The position numbers and the translations under genes were made by a program. A DNA stretch of 63,443 nucleotides, filler included, from Octopus bimaculoides (taxonomy: Eukaryota): assembly GCF_001194135.2 (NCBI RefSeq). It is 6 parts of 4 records of this genome, joined end to end, with 100 filler letters (N's around TTAATTAATTAA, not from the genome) between each part and the next. Parts side by side here need not be neighbours in the genome. Positions count along the whole stretch, not along the records: positions 1 to 16,509 come from NC_068991.1; 5 more parts are not named here. One strand, given 5' to 3'. Shown piece by piece: positions 1 to 14,113 of the stretch. Positions within the stretch are counted from its first letter, which is position 1. The number at the start of each line of letters is the position of its first letter. The notes beneath the pieces are model-generated. The model was not told the origin of the DNA and searched no databases. It worked only from the letters and a program-made list of their open reading frames with translations.

Positions 1-62
<62 letters not shown>

Positions 63-69
63 TAATAAC

Positions 70-146
<77 letters not shown>

Positions 147-148
147 CA
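1..148. repeat. (AAT)n microsatellite
   Basis: Direct reading. Confidence 0.98.
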
Positions 149-149
149 A

Positions 150-331
150 TATCGGAAAATACCTTAGGAATGAGAACCAGGTTTGAAATTTCCCCGTGAC
201 ACCTAATGAAGGCTGGTGGGTATATCAGTCGAAAAGTTGTGTTGACAACAAACAAGATGAGGACAAATATCCGTCAATTGTAAATAATGTAAATAATGTA
301 CATAATTCCTCATCTCATAAATATAGAACTG
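150..331 (+). mobile_element. Penelope-type terminal repeat fragment with a mutated hammerhead (198-243)
   Basis: gacac-CTAATGA-a-ggctg(gtgggtatat)cagtc-GAAA-agtt-gtgtt. Positions about 203-300 match the reverse complement of 56721-56806. Confidence 0.55.
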
Positions 332-2061
332 TAGTTTTGTGCTGTTTAAATACACTCCAGTGTCCACTTTGATGCATTACACTTCGCTCATTATATTTCC
401 TTTATACAATTTACCAAAGCCATAAAAGAGTTCTTTGCTTTATTGTATACCTCTTAAATAATCTGTTCTATCAGAGAGAAGGCAGTACAAGAGACGTGCA
501 GATTAACCACATACACGTATCTACCGGTGTTCTCTTTACCTGAGACACTCAAATTGTCAATGAATTATGCTAACCTAAAGGTAGTAGACATAGCTTATGG
601 AGGTTTCTAGATTTATTCTATCGAGACGGCGACTACTAGATCTAAATATAGAAAATAAATAGACACCATTACAATTGTTTTACACGCGTATGAATGTATA
701 TATACACATGTGTGCCGGTTAGTATGTGTAAATATGTGTATGCATACGGTGATACAGTTAAAACATAACTACTAGTATACTTTGCATGTATTTTACACTC
801 ATATCTCGATGTACGTATTCGATTTTATGCAAAGAAGAAGAAATGAGCGTCTATGCATATATTGACAGTGATTATTTTAGCTTTTTTGTGTCTATAGTCT
901 CGGATTGCAAACTTGTTATTTTAAATATTGTGTTTTACAAACTTTAATATGGCACAGTAATTTTAGTAGATAAGGAAACATAAAAACAAACAAACCAATA
1001 CGGTTAATAGAAAGGTCGACAAGGATGTCGACCATAGCAGCCAGTCAGACTGACAAACACTCAAAACACACACACACAAGTACGCAAGTATGTATGCATG
1101 CATACATATATGCATGCATGCTTGTATGTATGTATATATGTATAGGTACGTATGTGTATGTATACGTATGTATATATATATATATATATATANNNNNNNN
1201 NNNNNNNNNNNNNNNNNNNNNNNNNNNNNNNNNNNNNNNNNNNNNNNNNNNNNNNNNNNNNNNNNNNNNNNNNNNNNNNNNNNNNNNNNNNNNNNNNNNN
1301 NNNNNNNNNNNNNNNNNNNNNNNNNNNNNNNNNNNNNNNNNNNNNNNNNNNNNNNNNNNNNNNNNNNNNNNNNNNNNNNNNNNNNNNNNNNNNNNNNNNN
1401 NNNNNNNNNNNNNNNNNNNNNNNNNNNNNNNNNNNNNNNNNNNNNNNNNNNNNNNNNNNNNNNNNNNNNNNNNNNNNNNNNNNNNNNNNNNNNNNNNNNN
1501 NNNNNNNNNNNNNNNNNNNNNNNNNNNNNNNNNNNNNNNNNNNNNNNNNNNNNNNNNNNNNNNNNNNNNNNNNNNNNNNNNNNNNNNNNNNNNNNNNNNN
1601 NNNNNNNNNNNNNNNNNNNNNNNNNNNNNNNNNNNNNNNNNNNNNNNNNNNNNNNNNNNNNNNNNNNNNNNNNNNNNNNNNNNNNNNNNNNNNTATATAT
1701 TATATGTATATTTCTGCTTGACGATTTTATTGGCTTTTGAATATATTCTTCATTACTAACTTTTACAATAATATCCTAAATGTTAGATAAACAGTCGATA
1801 TAAAATATGAGTTTGCAGTGGAAAATGAGAACCACGTCTATTTTTTCATATTGAAAATATTTGGGTGTATATATACATAACATTTTATGTTGTGTGTACA
1901 TTATTTAATGTCTATGTATATAATATGTAAATCTGTTTGTGCATATGGATATATGTTAATACACTCAATCATAAACGGATTTGCAATTTTTAATATATGT
2001 AATTATACATATATATATAGACATACATATATATATATATATATATATAATATATATATAT

Positions 2062-2108
<47 letters not shown>

Positions 2109-2939
2109 ATGCATATACATATATAGATTTGACTATATATATATACATATATATGTATATGTATGCATTATGCATGTAAGCGTAAGTGAGTAAGTGTATG
2201 TGTGTGCGCGTATGTATGTATATGTCTGTGTCTGTATGTACACATGTATATATACGAGTGGGTTAAGGTATTACTTTGTACCTGTGTGCAGATATATAAA
2301 GACAATTCTATGAGCATTTGTATGTGTTTGTATTTTACCAAAAAGAAAAATCACACAATATTTAGTTTCGTATTTATAATCTAAAAATCAACATTTTTTC
2401 CCCATTTTGTTAGTCATAAGTTTAAACTTTTCCTATTTTTACTGCATTTTAATTTCAAAATATTGCCATATTTGTATCTGTATTGTTTTTTTATCATTCA
2501 TTTCTCTTTGGTTTATGTTCCATATTCGTTTCTCATTGAATTCGCAATCCTAACCTTCCCTTGCCTTTGTGTTATATTTGTTTTCCGATATAAACAACTT
2601 ATTTTCTAGTTGCTCCCATTGTATGTAAAATCTGTTAAAAAATGCCTATTGTTTATAAGTAAAGAAAGTTTATAATTTATTGATTTCACATGAAGTGAAA
2701 AATGTTTCTTCCATTTTGTTTCTTGTATTGGATATAAATACGATATAAAGAATATTGAGAAGTAAATACACACACAAACACACACACACATACGTAAATA
2801 TATGTGTGTGTACGCCTTTGTATATACGTATGTATTTAGTAATGCGCATTTGCATGTATATACGTACGTCTCTCTCTATATATATGCACATATATGCCTG
2901 TCTCTTTCTCTCTCTCTCTCTCTCTTTGTATGTCTATAA

Positions 2940-3059
<120 letters not shown>

Positions 3060-3789
3060 CAGAACAAAAATCAAAATCGAAAGCAAACAGATATAATACT
3101 TTGCAAAATATATAGAAGAAAAAATCGGTTAATTCAACAATTAACTTTTGCCAGAAACAAATAATGGGGTAACGAACATGCACATAAACATACACATATA
3201 TGCACACATTCATGATACCAGCAATAACATATAACAGACTTCTTCAAATATACAAATGCGATTATAGAATGAAAATTACAAGAAGCAAAAAAAATTAAAA
3301 AATACAGGAACCACAATACAAATATCTTCAGAAGAATAGCTTACAACAACAAGAACAAGAACAGTATTCAAAATAGTAATAACAACATTATTACGAGAAC
3401 ATTAAGCATGAGGTATTTCGCTATTTTCTCTTTGTTTTGTCTTATGTTTAAATAACAGAGAAATCATTTTTATGACGACTTATTGATATTATAATAACAT
3501 TGGTAATAGAGATCATCAATAGGAACAATAGTGAAAAATAGTTCATGATATCTTTATTAAAATTTTACTGCTAAGAATAAAAACATAAAAAACAATTATT
3601 TCCTATGCTGCTACATCGACTGTATATTTATTATAACATTGGTAAATGTATTGACGAAGTGATCGAAAGACAATATTATTTACTGCCACATAAAATTCAA
3701 CTAGGTTAACTATGATAATATTTATAAACAACCACCAGAACAGTAATAGCAGTAAAAATGACTACAATATAATCTGTATAACAATAGTT

Positions 3790-4384
3790 ATCACAAGGTC
3801 TGAAATTCGGGTTCGAGGGGATAGTCGATGAAATCAACCCCAGAAGTCGACTGGTACTTATTTTATCTCCCGAAATTTTGAAAGGCGATTTTGAACCCCG
3901 GCGGCATTTGCACTCTGAACGTAATGGCAACCGAAATCTCGCTAAGCATTTTATCCCGTGTACTAATGATACTTTTCTACTCTCGGCACAAGGTCCGAAA
4001 TTTGGGGGGAAGGGTCCAGTTGATTAGATCGATCCAGTACGCAACTGGTACTTAATTTATCGACCCCGAAAGGATGAAAGGCAAAGTCGACCTGGGTGGA
4101 ATTTGAACTCAGAACGTAAAGACAGATTAAATACCGCTGAGCATTTTGCCCGGCGTGCTAACGTTTCTGCCAGCTCGCTGCCTTAGTCAGTATAACAACA
4201 GCAATAACAAAAACAACAACAATAATTTTTTAGGGTTCCAAATTTTGGCACAAAGCCAGCAATTTCAGGGAAGGAGTAAATCGATTACATCGACACAAGT
4301 ACTCGTCTGGTGATCATACATCGACCCCGAAAGGACGAAAGGCAAATTTAGTGTAAAGACAGATGCTGACAGCTCGCCACCTTA
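3790..4384 (-). mobile_element. Three SINE family B copies (about 3790-3970, 3972-4184, 4236-4384)
   Basis: Shared tRNA-like head (ggcagcgagctggcagaaacgttagcacgccggg..gagttcaaattcc) and ggtcgataaattaagtaccagt core, also seen at 10040, 15001, 15233, 18283 and 59248. Confidence 0.8.
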
Positions 4385-4416
4385 ACAACAACAATAAAAA
4401 TAGTAATAATGCATAT

Positions 4417-4668
4417 GCGTAATGGCTCTCATCGCTTTTGATCTTCACTGATTGCTATCCTGTACATGTGCATTTCTGATCACGAGCAGAAGTAGTGGAG
4501 TAGCAACATGACCATATGTTGAGAGGAATTCTTTGGGTTTGAGTAATTCAGCTCTGGAAACATGGGTGTGCCGTTCATCAAACAAACTCTGTTCAGGGGT
4601 CTTTTGACGAGATGAGCTACTCAACTTGAAGAAAATTCTAACTGAGCCGTACCGGCAAGGCCATGCGC
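4417..4668 (-). mobile_element. Interspersed repeat, family unassigned
   Basis: GC-richer block recalled as an octopus interspersed repeat. Single copy in this window, so not confirmed internally. Confidence 0.3.
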
Positions 4669-4897
4669 TTTTTATCTTGAAATTAGATCACCATATCACG
4701 CACATATGTTTGTGATGCATGTTTCTGGTGTACCCTTATAAGAGGTAGGTAGGTAAATATATATGTATGCCTGTAAGTAGGTAGGTAAGTAGATAAGTAG
4801 GTAGTTAGGCAGGTAAGTAGGTAAACAGGTAGGTAGGTAGATAGATACGAACATATATATATATATATATATATATGCATATATGTGTGTGCGTGTT

Positions 4898-5008
<111 letters not shown>

Positions 5009-5894
5009 GTATGTATATGTGTTTATTTATATATACATATGACTGATTGGTTTGATTGATTGATTGATTGAGTGATTGATTGTTTGATTGACCCTTAAAT
5101 ACTGCCTTGGCCAATTATTACATCTTCTCAAGAATCAAACGTCTCAGAAAACTATACAATTTTAAAATACAATTTTCAAAATAATCGTGGAATTTCTTCG
5201 GGTACATCTAGTTTATATAAATGCATGTTAATGAAGAAAAAGGGCAATTAACAAGAGAATCATTGATACAAAATTAACGACTATTGCAGTACCGCTACCC
5301 AGGAATAATCGAAGGAATCAACAAATCCCGTTTTACCCCATTCACTGAAGTGGTTCCATTACAAGTGCGCCTATTTTCTTCATAATCTAAGCTCACTTGC
5401 CTATGCTTATTGCAATTACATTCATTCGAGTTATTTTTGGTACGTTTGCTTAAATCAGTTTCCCCTTTTTTCTCCAATCTCACACAATATAAAGATCGTA
5501 AAACTTCACTATATTTTTCAACAATTGACCTCAGCCATCAATCCATTCTATTAATCTAACAGAATTTACGGACCTGATTGTTATGCAAATAATGGAGCGC
5601 CTCCTCCGTGGTTTCTAGATTTGCACTCGTTGAAGAACAACGAAACTTCGTCGTCTTAGGTTACATAAGTTTTTGCTGGTTACCGTGGATCAAATTCGAT
5701 TGTTAATCATAACAGTTCAGAGACAAATCAATCAGAGCTATATTTTCTGGCAACGTATCACATCATTATAATGTGGTATCATGAAATAAGAAGGGCTCTG
5801 CAATTTATCTCACAAATATATGAAGAATGAATTTATTATTGTTACATTGTAAGTAAAAGCTTGTTTTTAACTGTCATCCTGCTATATTCTAGCT

Positions 5895-6111
5895 TAGTAG
5901 TTCTCAATTATTTTAAAACCAATGGACCCCTTTGATTCCTATTTTACTTGGGTGGATCCTCATAGACATTTCGTGTTATATATTTTGCATATTTAAATAT
6001 CAGGCGTTGTATTTAAAATGTTAAAATACTTTGTATATGGTAGAAGAATAACAAGTTTATTGCACAAATTTTAGCCGCAAAAAACAAATGGACCCTTGTT
6101 AAGAACCACTG
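5895..6111. mobile_element. Old hAT-type MITE
   Basis: Imperfect TIRs (tagtagttctcaa / ttaagaaccactg) with inner ggaccc motifs. The 8-bp flanks ttctagct / gtctcgca resemble a decayed NTCTAGAN-type TSD. Confidence 0.5.
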
Positions 6112-8907
6112 GTCTCGCATGGAACATGTTGTTTTGTCGAAGATAACTTGTTGATATCATGCGATTTGCGATGATAAAATATAGTGATATGAGGTGAAAT
6201 CAAACGGGCTCTATAATACTTTCTCGTATAACGCCATGGCAGATTATGTTTCATTTCACAATGCTGGAAGTAGATTATATGTGAGGAAACTGCAGTATAC
6301 TGCTATTTAGAGCGCTGTATATCTTATTTTGCCTCTTCGTCCCATCCTAGGGTTTCAGGAGCCTCTCAGTTCGCTACAAATGACCTAATTCTAAATCTAC
6401 AACATTATATTTTATGGACCAAATATCTGAGAAACCAATAGTCTATGTCCAGTCAACATAACTGCCAATATATCATACTTGTACACGAATTACAACAGAA
6501 AAACGAGATGTTTAGTTATGAAATTGCATTCCACTTCATAAATATGCGCTGGGTAACATGCCTTCTATTTCATTTTGGCGGATTACCCTCTGCAGACATA
6601 TGGGTTGCATTCGCAGAGATTTACTTATCTCTCAAAAATGTTCTAGAGAAATTTTAACTAATCATAAATACATAAATTATGCTCTATTCGTTTTCGACTC
6701 CCTATTGAAAATATGATTGTAATGGTACTAAGTCAATGTTTACAGTAAATATTGGGAGTTTCAAATGTAATGCAAATATGGCGATGAAAGCACTAAAGAA
6801 AATGTTGCGTACAATGTTTGTATTTATGGACAATATCTCTATATCTTTTATGTAAATATTCTAATATATCGTAAATATACTTGAACAAAAGGTATCAGAA
6901 AAAAAGTTACTAATGCGTTTAGTTCAAACTAATAATATGTTGAAATATTAAACCATTTCCGATATATAAACTGATCTCTCATATTTATTGTCTTCTATTT
7001 AAAACGTATCCATCTCTTTTTTTTTTTATTTTAGCTTACTGGCGTCGTCTTTGAACAATTGAAGACAATATCGCAACAAGCTCTATAGATAATATATGGA
7101 CAGACATGTATTTCTAAACATAATTCACACGCAAGTTTACTGAGCTGTGATAAATAACAAAATATATAATATCTCATCCCTTTCATTTTTTTTCCTGTTC
7201 ATTTCATCTTGTCTTTCTCTTCTTAAATGGTTATTTATTCGCTTTCGTGTATCTCCTATAATTCCATACCTATTCATTTACAATATAAAATAATCATAGT
7301 ATAAAATGAACGTCAATTTGGCACCAGCTATGGATTTCAACATCAAGTCTATTGTTCATACGTCACATCCTCTTGTCAGTCTATACATACGATACTGAGA
7401 GATTTTGATAGTCTTTTTTTTTCCTTTTGATTTATATTCCATACCATTTTTCTTTTTGCGCAACTAAAAGCTTATAAATACATCAACTATATGTACACAC
7501 ACCCAAACACATACACACGTGTGTATGTATATATGTTTGTATACGTCTTCACACACATGAAACAGAACCATATCTTATTTATGTAGACATTCATATATTT
7601 GTTTGTATGTACAGGGTTATACGCGCAAAGAGTAGGCTAGAGTATGTGGTGGGGGTTGAGTTTCTTGATGCATCGCGCTGAACGATGGGTAATTCTGGCG
7701 AAATGAGATTACAGATCAGATCATATTCTCGTTTATAACAATTTCATTTCTTTACAGAATCACTGGGAAGGAATGAAGACCACAACTTTGAAATCAGCCT
7801 GTTGCTGAAGGCAATATCTTAAACTATTGTCACATACCGCTGATCGCAATATATCATACAATTTATTAAAGTGACAATTTAAGGACTCTTATTTCTCATT
7901 TATTTTAATGTTTTTATTTTGATTAAATACGATATTATATGTATAATATTAATCAAGCTTAGTGTTGTACTTGTGTTACAAATCAACGTTTTCGTTAACA
8001 TTCTTCTAGTGACTATGCATATATGTGTACACGAACATGGGAAGACCTTTCGCTGCTGAGCGAGTCTCTGTAGAGAATTTTCTTTTTAGGCATGGGTAAA
8101 GACGAAACAGGCTGAGAATGATGTCATTGGATCATAGCACGCAACCTAATAAGAATGCAATTATTCCTATTAAAATTTCATGCGGAACGTATGCTGGTGG
8201 GAGTGAAGCTTGGTCAGGCTGGAATTAAATTTATAATGCGCACAAAGAAGCGTTGAATGAAATGTATTAATATAAGAATATTTCTCTATGGTGTTGTATA
8301 TGATTCACTTGATCTTTGGCTTATCTTTAGTCTTGAAGAACTGGGCATGCGTCCACAGGTAGTCTTCTTCACCCAGTCTATCGATACAAACTAATCATGA
8401 TGTGTTCTACGATCTCTGAGACTAGAAGTAGCATGCGAAGTAACATGCGTAAGTTTTCCTTATTTCTCATGTAAAGAGTGTTACATGGATGGGCTAGAGA
8501 GGACATCATAAAGTTTTAAATGCAAAAAACCTGAACTCTGCACCCTCCTTTATTCTCAATGTTTTAAATCCAATACGGTAAAATCATTGTGACTTATACT
8601 ACGAAATTGTGGCTACGAATTGAAGCAACATGTGAAAATGATGCAGTGCAGAAGTTTTAAATTATTTGAGTAATAATACAAGATATTTTGTCTATGAATT
8701 TTTAAGCTAGGAAAATACACAGAAAAAAGAGTATCGCTAAGAAATTAGGGAGCTTTTTTAGTATGTTCAACTGTCCTGATACTTATTGATCAGACCTCGT
8801 ATATTGGAGAAGGTCTTATCTAACAGAGTATAATTGATATTAATGGCTAACTGGGTTGTTCAAGCAAGAATTTGCAGAATCATCATTCTCGAACAACGAA
8901 GAACTAC

Positions 8908-8930
8908 TGTCACCATCACCATCATCATCG

Positions 8931-8967
<37 letters not shown>

Positions 8968-9012
8968 TATCATCATCACCACCACCACCACCGCCACTAC
9001 CATCACCGTCAC

Positions 9013-9062
<50 letters not shown>

Positions 9063-9111
9063 CCACCACCACCACCACAACCATCATCATCATCATCATC
9101 ATCATCATCAT
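8908..9111. repeat. Compound (CAT)n/(CAC)n microsatellite
   Basis: Direct reading; source of the poly-H/I/S/M ORFs. Confidence 0.95.
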
Positions 9112-9708
9112 TTGTGTAAAGTAATATATATATTTTTTTTATTTATAGAATGCTTCATAATTTTGTTGGTAACAAATGCAATACAAAAATGGCGTCTTCT
9201 CAACAAAGAATATCTCCAAACATTTCAGTTTTAAAAGTAGATTGGAATATGATATGTGGCCCTTCAGACCATTTGTATGAGTCATTTCTATTATGTTTGT
9301 TTTTATCACAGGCTTACCCCGCAAAACAATATATTTAGTCGTATCATATTCCATAAAATGGTGTCAACGTCCATTAGTACATGCAGGGCTTTCGCTCACG
9401 TACATGTAGTGTTAAGAGTTTAAATGAAAACAATATATTTTGTTTTTTCGTTCGGATTATCTAGAAAAAAAATAATAAATGCGTTTTATCGATCATGGTA
9501 ATGATTCATATAATAAATAATTAGCTGTGTATAATTAATGACGCTAAAACCATTTACAGTAAAATAATCAAGATAAATCTCTACGCACGTTTGGTTGAGA
9601 CAAGAATAAACTTATTTGGCTAATTGTTTCAAATCAGCACAAAATCAACGGAGAAGTAACTACAAATGTAAGAAAAGAAAGAAAGAAAATGATGGGCACT
9701 TAATATAC

Positions 9709-10320
9709 AGGCGCAGGCATATAGGCTGTGTGGTTAATATGAAACTCGATTTGCATCCTCGTCATCTCAGGTTCACTTGCCCAAACTGCGCCGGGGGTTG
9801 GACAAGTGTTTTTACAATAGCCCCGGGGCGGCCAGTGGCTTCGTTTGTGAGTGAATTTTGTAGACGAAAACGGTAAGAGACCGTCGTTTACATACAAAGA
9901 CAGACACACACACACACGCACACAACAGTGTATGGGCGTTTCATTTTGCCAGTGTCGCCCTCCCCACCATCACTGGATAACCGGTGTTTGCTTTCTATGC
10001 CTCTGTAACTAAAGAATAATTATCAGATGTGAAGTCAATAAGGTGGTAAGCTGTCAGGAATGTTACCGCACCGATCAAAATGCTTAGCTGCATTTCACCC
10101 GACTAAAGTTTAGTACAAATTCCTCTGAGTTCAACTTTGACTTTGATCCTTTCGAGGTCGATAAAACAAGTACCAGTTGAGTACTTATATCAAATAATTT
10201 GCTTTCTCCATCTCTCAAATTTTCTGACCTTGAGCCAAAATAAGAAAAGATTGTTTAATTCAGTCAATTTGTTCGGCTAAAACTATTCAAGATCGTACCC
10301 CAGCATGGCATCCACTTACA
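9709..10320 (+). mobile_element. Diverged SINE family A copy with a family B copy nested at 10040-10250
   Basis: The A head and body run to about 10012, and the A tail (gtcaatttgttcggctaaa..ccccagcatggc) resumes at about 10262 after a full B copy. Confidence 0.65.
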
Positions 10321-10530
10321 CTGTCTTTATTTTAGTGTCACAATAATATATAGATGTGTGTATGTGGGTGTGAGTGAGATTTTGTTTATAGGTATTTGTG
10401 CATGTACATGAGCAAATGGGAGTAGATTGATGAAAGAGGCAGCTGCCACGCAATCACTGTTTATTGGAACGATCCATCGTTATGTTAATTAAATTTCGTC
10501 TTGCTTATGTGAACATTTACTACACTCTCT

Positions 10531-10732
10531 CTTTAGTCTTTTACTTGTTTCAGTCATTTTGACTGCGGCCATGCTGGAGCACTGCCTTAATCGAGAAAAT
10601 CTAGCCCAGAACTTATTCTTTGTAAGCCTAGTACTTATTGTATCGCTCTGTTTTGCGGAACCGCTAAGTAAACTCACCAGCATCGGTTGTCAAGTGATGC
10701 TGGGGACACACACACACAAACATATACACACA

Positions 10733-10778
<46 letters not shown>

Positions 10779-10957
10779 NNNNNNNNNNNNNNNNNNNNNN
10801 NNNNNNNNNNNNNNNNNNNNNNNNNNNNNNNNNNNNNNNNNNNNNNNNNNNNNNNNNNNNNNNNNNNNNNNNNNNNNNNNNNNNNNNNNNNNNNNNNNNN
10901 NNNNNNNNNNNNNNGTTGATAAGTAGGCTACTTACCGCACAGCCACTCTTGCGCCTA
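10531..10957 (-). mobile_element. SINE family A copy with a gap in its internal microsatellite
   Basis: Tail ttttacttgtttcagtcattttgactgcggccatgctggagcac and head cttaccgcacagccactcttgcgcct. Confidence 0.8.
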
Positions 10958-12854
10958 TGAAGATTTTTCAGGTACATACATTAAAGCCTCAGCTTTAACC
11001 GAAAACAGTGAAATAAATGATTTCTCGCCTGACCGACATAAATATAACAGCACCAGCGCCACTAAACAAACTTTGCATTAGTTAAAATATGTTTCTGACA
11101 TATTTTCACTTTTAAAGGCAAATCCACCGCAGTTACCGAGGAGAAAAAAAACTTCTCTCCTTTGGTAAATGTTGACCAAAGGAAATTTTCGCAGTCCTGA
11201 TCACAAATAATAAAACTCTCAACACCTCACAATTTCTAAGTTCTTATGAACTTTCAAGTATTCTATATTCCTTGATCCTGCTTTTTGAGTCTGCTGTCTA
11301 AGATGAATGTATATTTTGATATCTTCTTTAAAACTGCATTCACACATACCGATATAATTTTAGTGAAGCAGTAGCTGCATAAGCTCATTGGTTCATCGAT
11401 ATAACTGTTTTATTTTAAACCTTCACCTCTTAGTCATCTAGCGCATTAACTCTACGATTTTGTATTTCGTAATACATAATTTCAGGTTTATAAATAAATA
11501 AAACGAATAGAAAAAAACGAATGAATGAAAATAAATAGCATTTCTCTTTTTTCTTTTGTACCTGGGTCAAATAGTTTCCGGTGAAGATATTCTGTATAGA
11601 CACAACTGAGTATGTGAAACCTGTGATTTATTTCATTTCATTTTCATGTATTTTCAATGCAGATCGACACGTTTTAAGGCAAAACCAGTGGTTTATCTCC
11701 AGCAGGAAAACAAATGTAATTCAATTTATAGGAGGGTAAGCTTAAAGCACGCGAAATATATTATTCATAATACTCTAAATTTGTATACAGGCTGTTTCTA
11801 CAATCGGATCTTCAGGCAGCATATATATATATATCTGATTGTTAATTCTATATACATATACATATATACTATCTCTATATATGTGTGCGTCTATACGTTC
11901 ACACAGCCGTATCTATATATATGAGCCTCGCAATCTTAAACCTTCACAAATCTGATTTGAATACATGGAATGAGCTCAGAGCTATGTTTCGTTTGCCTCG
12001 AATCCCACCCATGGTGAATTGCTATATATTTTGATTAGTAATATGTCGCTTTCTTTTTGTCTTAGCACACTTCGGGTTTTTGTTTCCGATTTTTGTTTCA
12101 CATTTTCATAGTGTTAAGAATTATAAAAACATTTGGAATATTCCTTTTTATGAATTTTTATTGTTCTGTGTTGTTTTTTTTTAACTGGACGGTATTGGAT
12201 ACATTAGATGTATTCATTTATACACGCATGTTCAGAAGCCTAAGCATTTCATATTTTCTATTATACGACGAGGTTAGCGAGTTGTAAGAAACAAATATAC
12301 GTGTCTGTGTCAGAGTGTATAACTGTATGTGTGTATGTGTGTGTCTATGTGTGAGCGTGTGTGTATAACAAGTAAATAACCTAAAATAAATTGTTTGCTC
12401 TTACATGCTGATATCAGCCGACTGACAATAGATCGACGCATGCGCAGTGAAAAGCGCGAGTCGAAACAAAGACTTGTTTATATATATACTTAACACCTTC
12501 CGACAGATTCGAAATTGAATATGCTAATGTATCTCTAGTTTTGTCGTAATAGTAAAGCTTCTCCTTTAAGACGTTCATAAGATACTTGATTCATTAACGT
12601 AAGGGGACTCTGGGACATCCAGTGTTTCGACATCATGGTGTCTCGTCAGACAAAAGCATCATCGACTGATGAATCTTACAAGGGTCTGCGTCTCTTCATT
12701 ATGACTATAGATGAAACCAGTTTCTCATACGAATATGAGCATACAGACAAACGTGCGAACGCACATGCACAAATACACACACACGCACACACATATACCT
12801 ACATAAATACGTAGCTAGCTAGATAGATAAATAAAGAGGTAGATAGGTATATAT

Positions 12855-13090
12855 GTCGTTGGCACTCCGTCGCTTACGACGTCGAGGGTTCCAGTTGATC
12901 AACGGAACAGCCTGCTCGTGAAATTAACGTGCAAGTGGCTGAGCACTCCACAGACACGTGTACCCTTAACGTAGTTCTCGGGAATATTCAGCGTGACACA
13001 GTGTGACAAGGCTGACCCTTGACAGGCACAACAAAAACAGGAAGTAGGAGTGAGAGAAAGTTGTGGTGAAAGACTACAGCAGGTTTCGCC
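12855..13090 (-). mobile_element. Truncated SINE-like repeat of a third family, plus a second repeat fragment
   Basis: GC-rich block gttggcactccgtcgcttacgacgtcgagggttccag..gtgacacagtgtgacaaggctg, recalled as the 3' part of an octopus SINE. Single copy here. Confidence 0.5.
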
Positions 13091-13124
13091 ACCATCCCCT
13101 GCCGGAGCCTATATATATATATAT

Positions 13125-13165
<41 letters not shown>

Positions 13166-14017
13166 GAGAGAGAGAGAGAGAAAAAGAGAGGGAAATAGAG
13201 AGAGAGAAAGGGAGAGAGAGAGCGAGAAAGAGAGAGAGAGAGAGACTTGTGCAGTAGAATTCTCAGTAGAACTCAATCAGATGTTAAATCCTCTACGAGT
13301 ATGTAATCTAATTCAATAGTACGATATTCTATATTTTATCCTGTGTATCAAATATTGAAATTACATATTGCTGCAACTTTCGAAATATTAGCATTTTTTA
13401 ATCATTCAAATTAAAATGTCAGAGATTTGTCCCTTGTGTGACTTCTTTCCTTCCTTCAATTAAATGCAGCATTGCATTAAAATAATCGCACGTAAATTCA
13501 AAATTATTGATATTTGTCCAGAAATTATTTAAATGTTTGGGTGTATATTCGATATGTCAATTGGAATTAAAATATTGATTCTTTAAGATAAATTGCTCAA
13601 TGCTTTGATAATCCTTCATTTGCAAATTTCTCGATTAAACGTAATAGAATACTTCTCACAACGTCGAGTTGTAGTTTGTGTATTTTTGCATGTAAAACGG
13701 ATACATCTTGAAAATCGAATACTCTAAAGGTAAACAGGATTATTTCGAATGATACTGTTCTTCAAACACTTAATCTGCGGTGACAATAAAATACAGCTGA
13801 TGCACACTCGTTATTAGCGTTATAAATATATATATACATATCTACAGACATATAGCTACATATATATGTATACACAGTCATTTATTGAAACGCACTTATA
13901 AGATCCGGCTCTGTTTGTATTTGTTTGTGTGTATATATATATGCACATATACGTATATTTATGTATATATGTATATATATATGTGTGTGTGTAAATATCT
14001 ATCTTTCTCTCTCTCTT

Positions 14018-14113
<96 letters not shown>

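Noticed and set aside
1025-1759. Long ORFs containing X runs (also at 28.7, 35.2, 45.8, 47.7, 50.6, 54.2 and 59.9 kb)
   Set aside because: They are open only because they cross N gaps and TA/TG microsatellites.
7036-7850. Strong-looking acceptors at about 7035 and 7756
   Set aside because: Following frames close within about 20 codons and no upstream exon was found.
8834-9234. Poly-His, poly-Ile, poly-Ser and poly-Met ORFs
   Set aside because: Translations of a (CAT)n/(CAC)n microsatellite in several frames at once.
12660-12725. CTGATGA-atct..agat-GAAAC hammerhead-like motif
   Set aside because: Stem I has only 2 possible pairs and stem III is not palindromic; likely chance.
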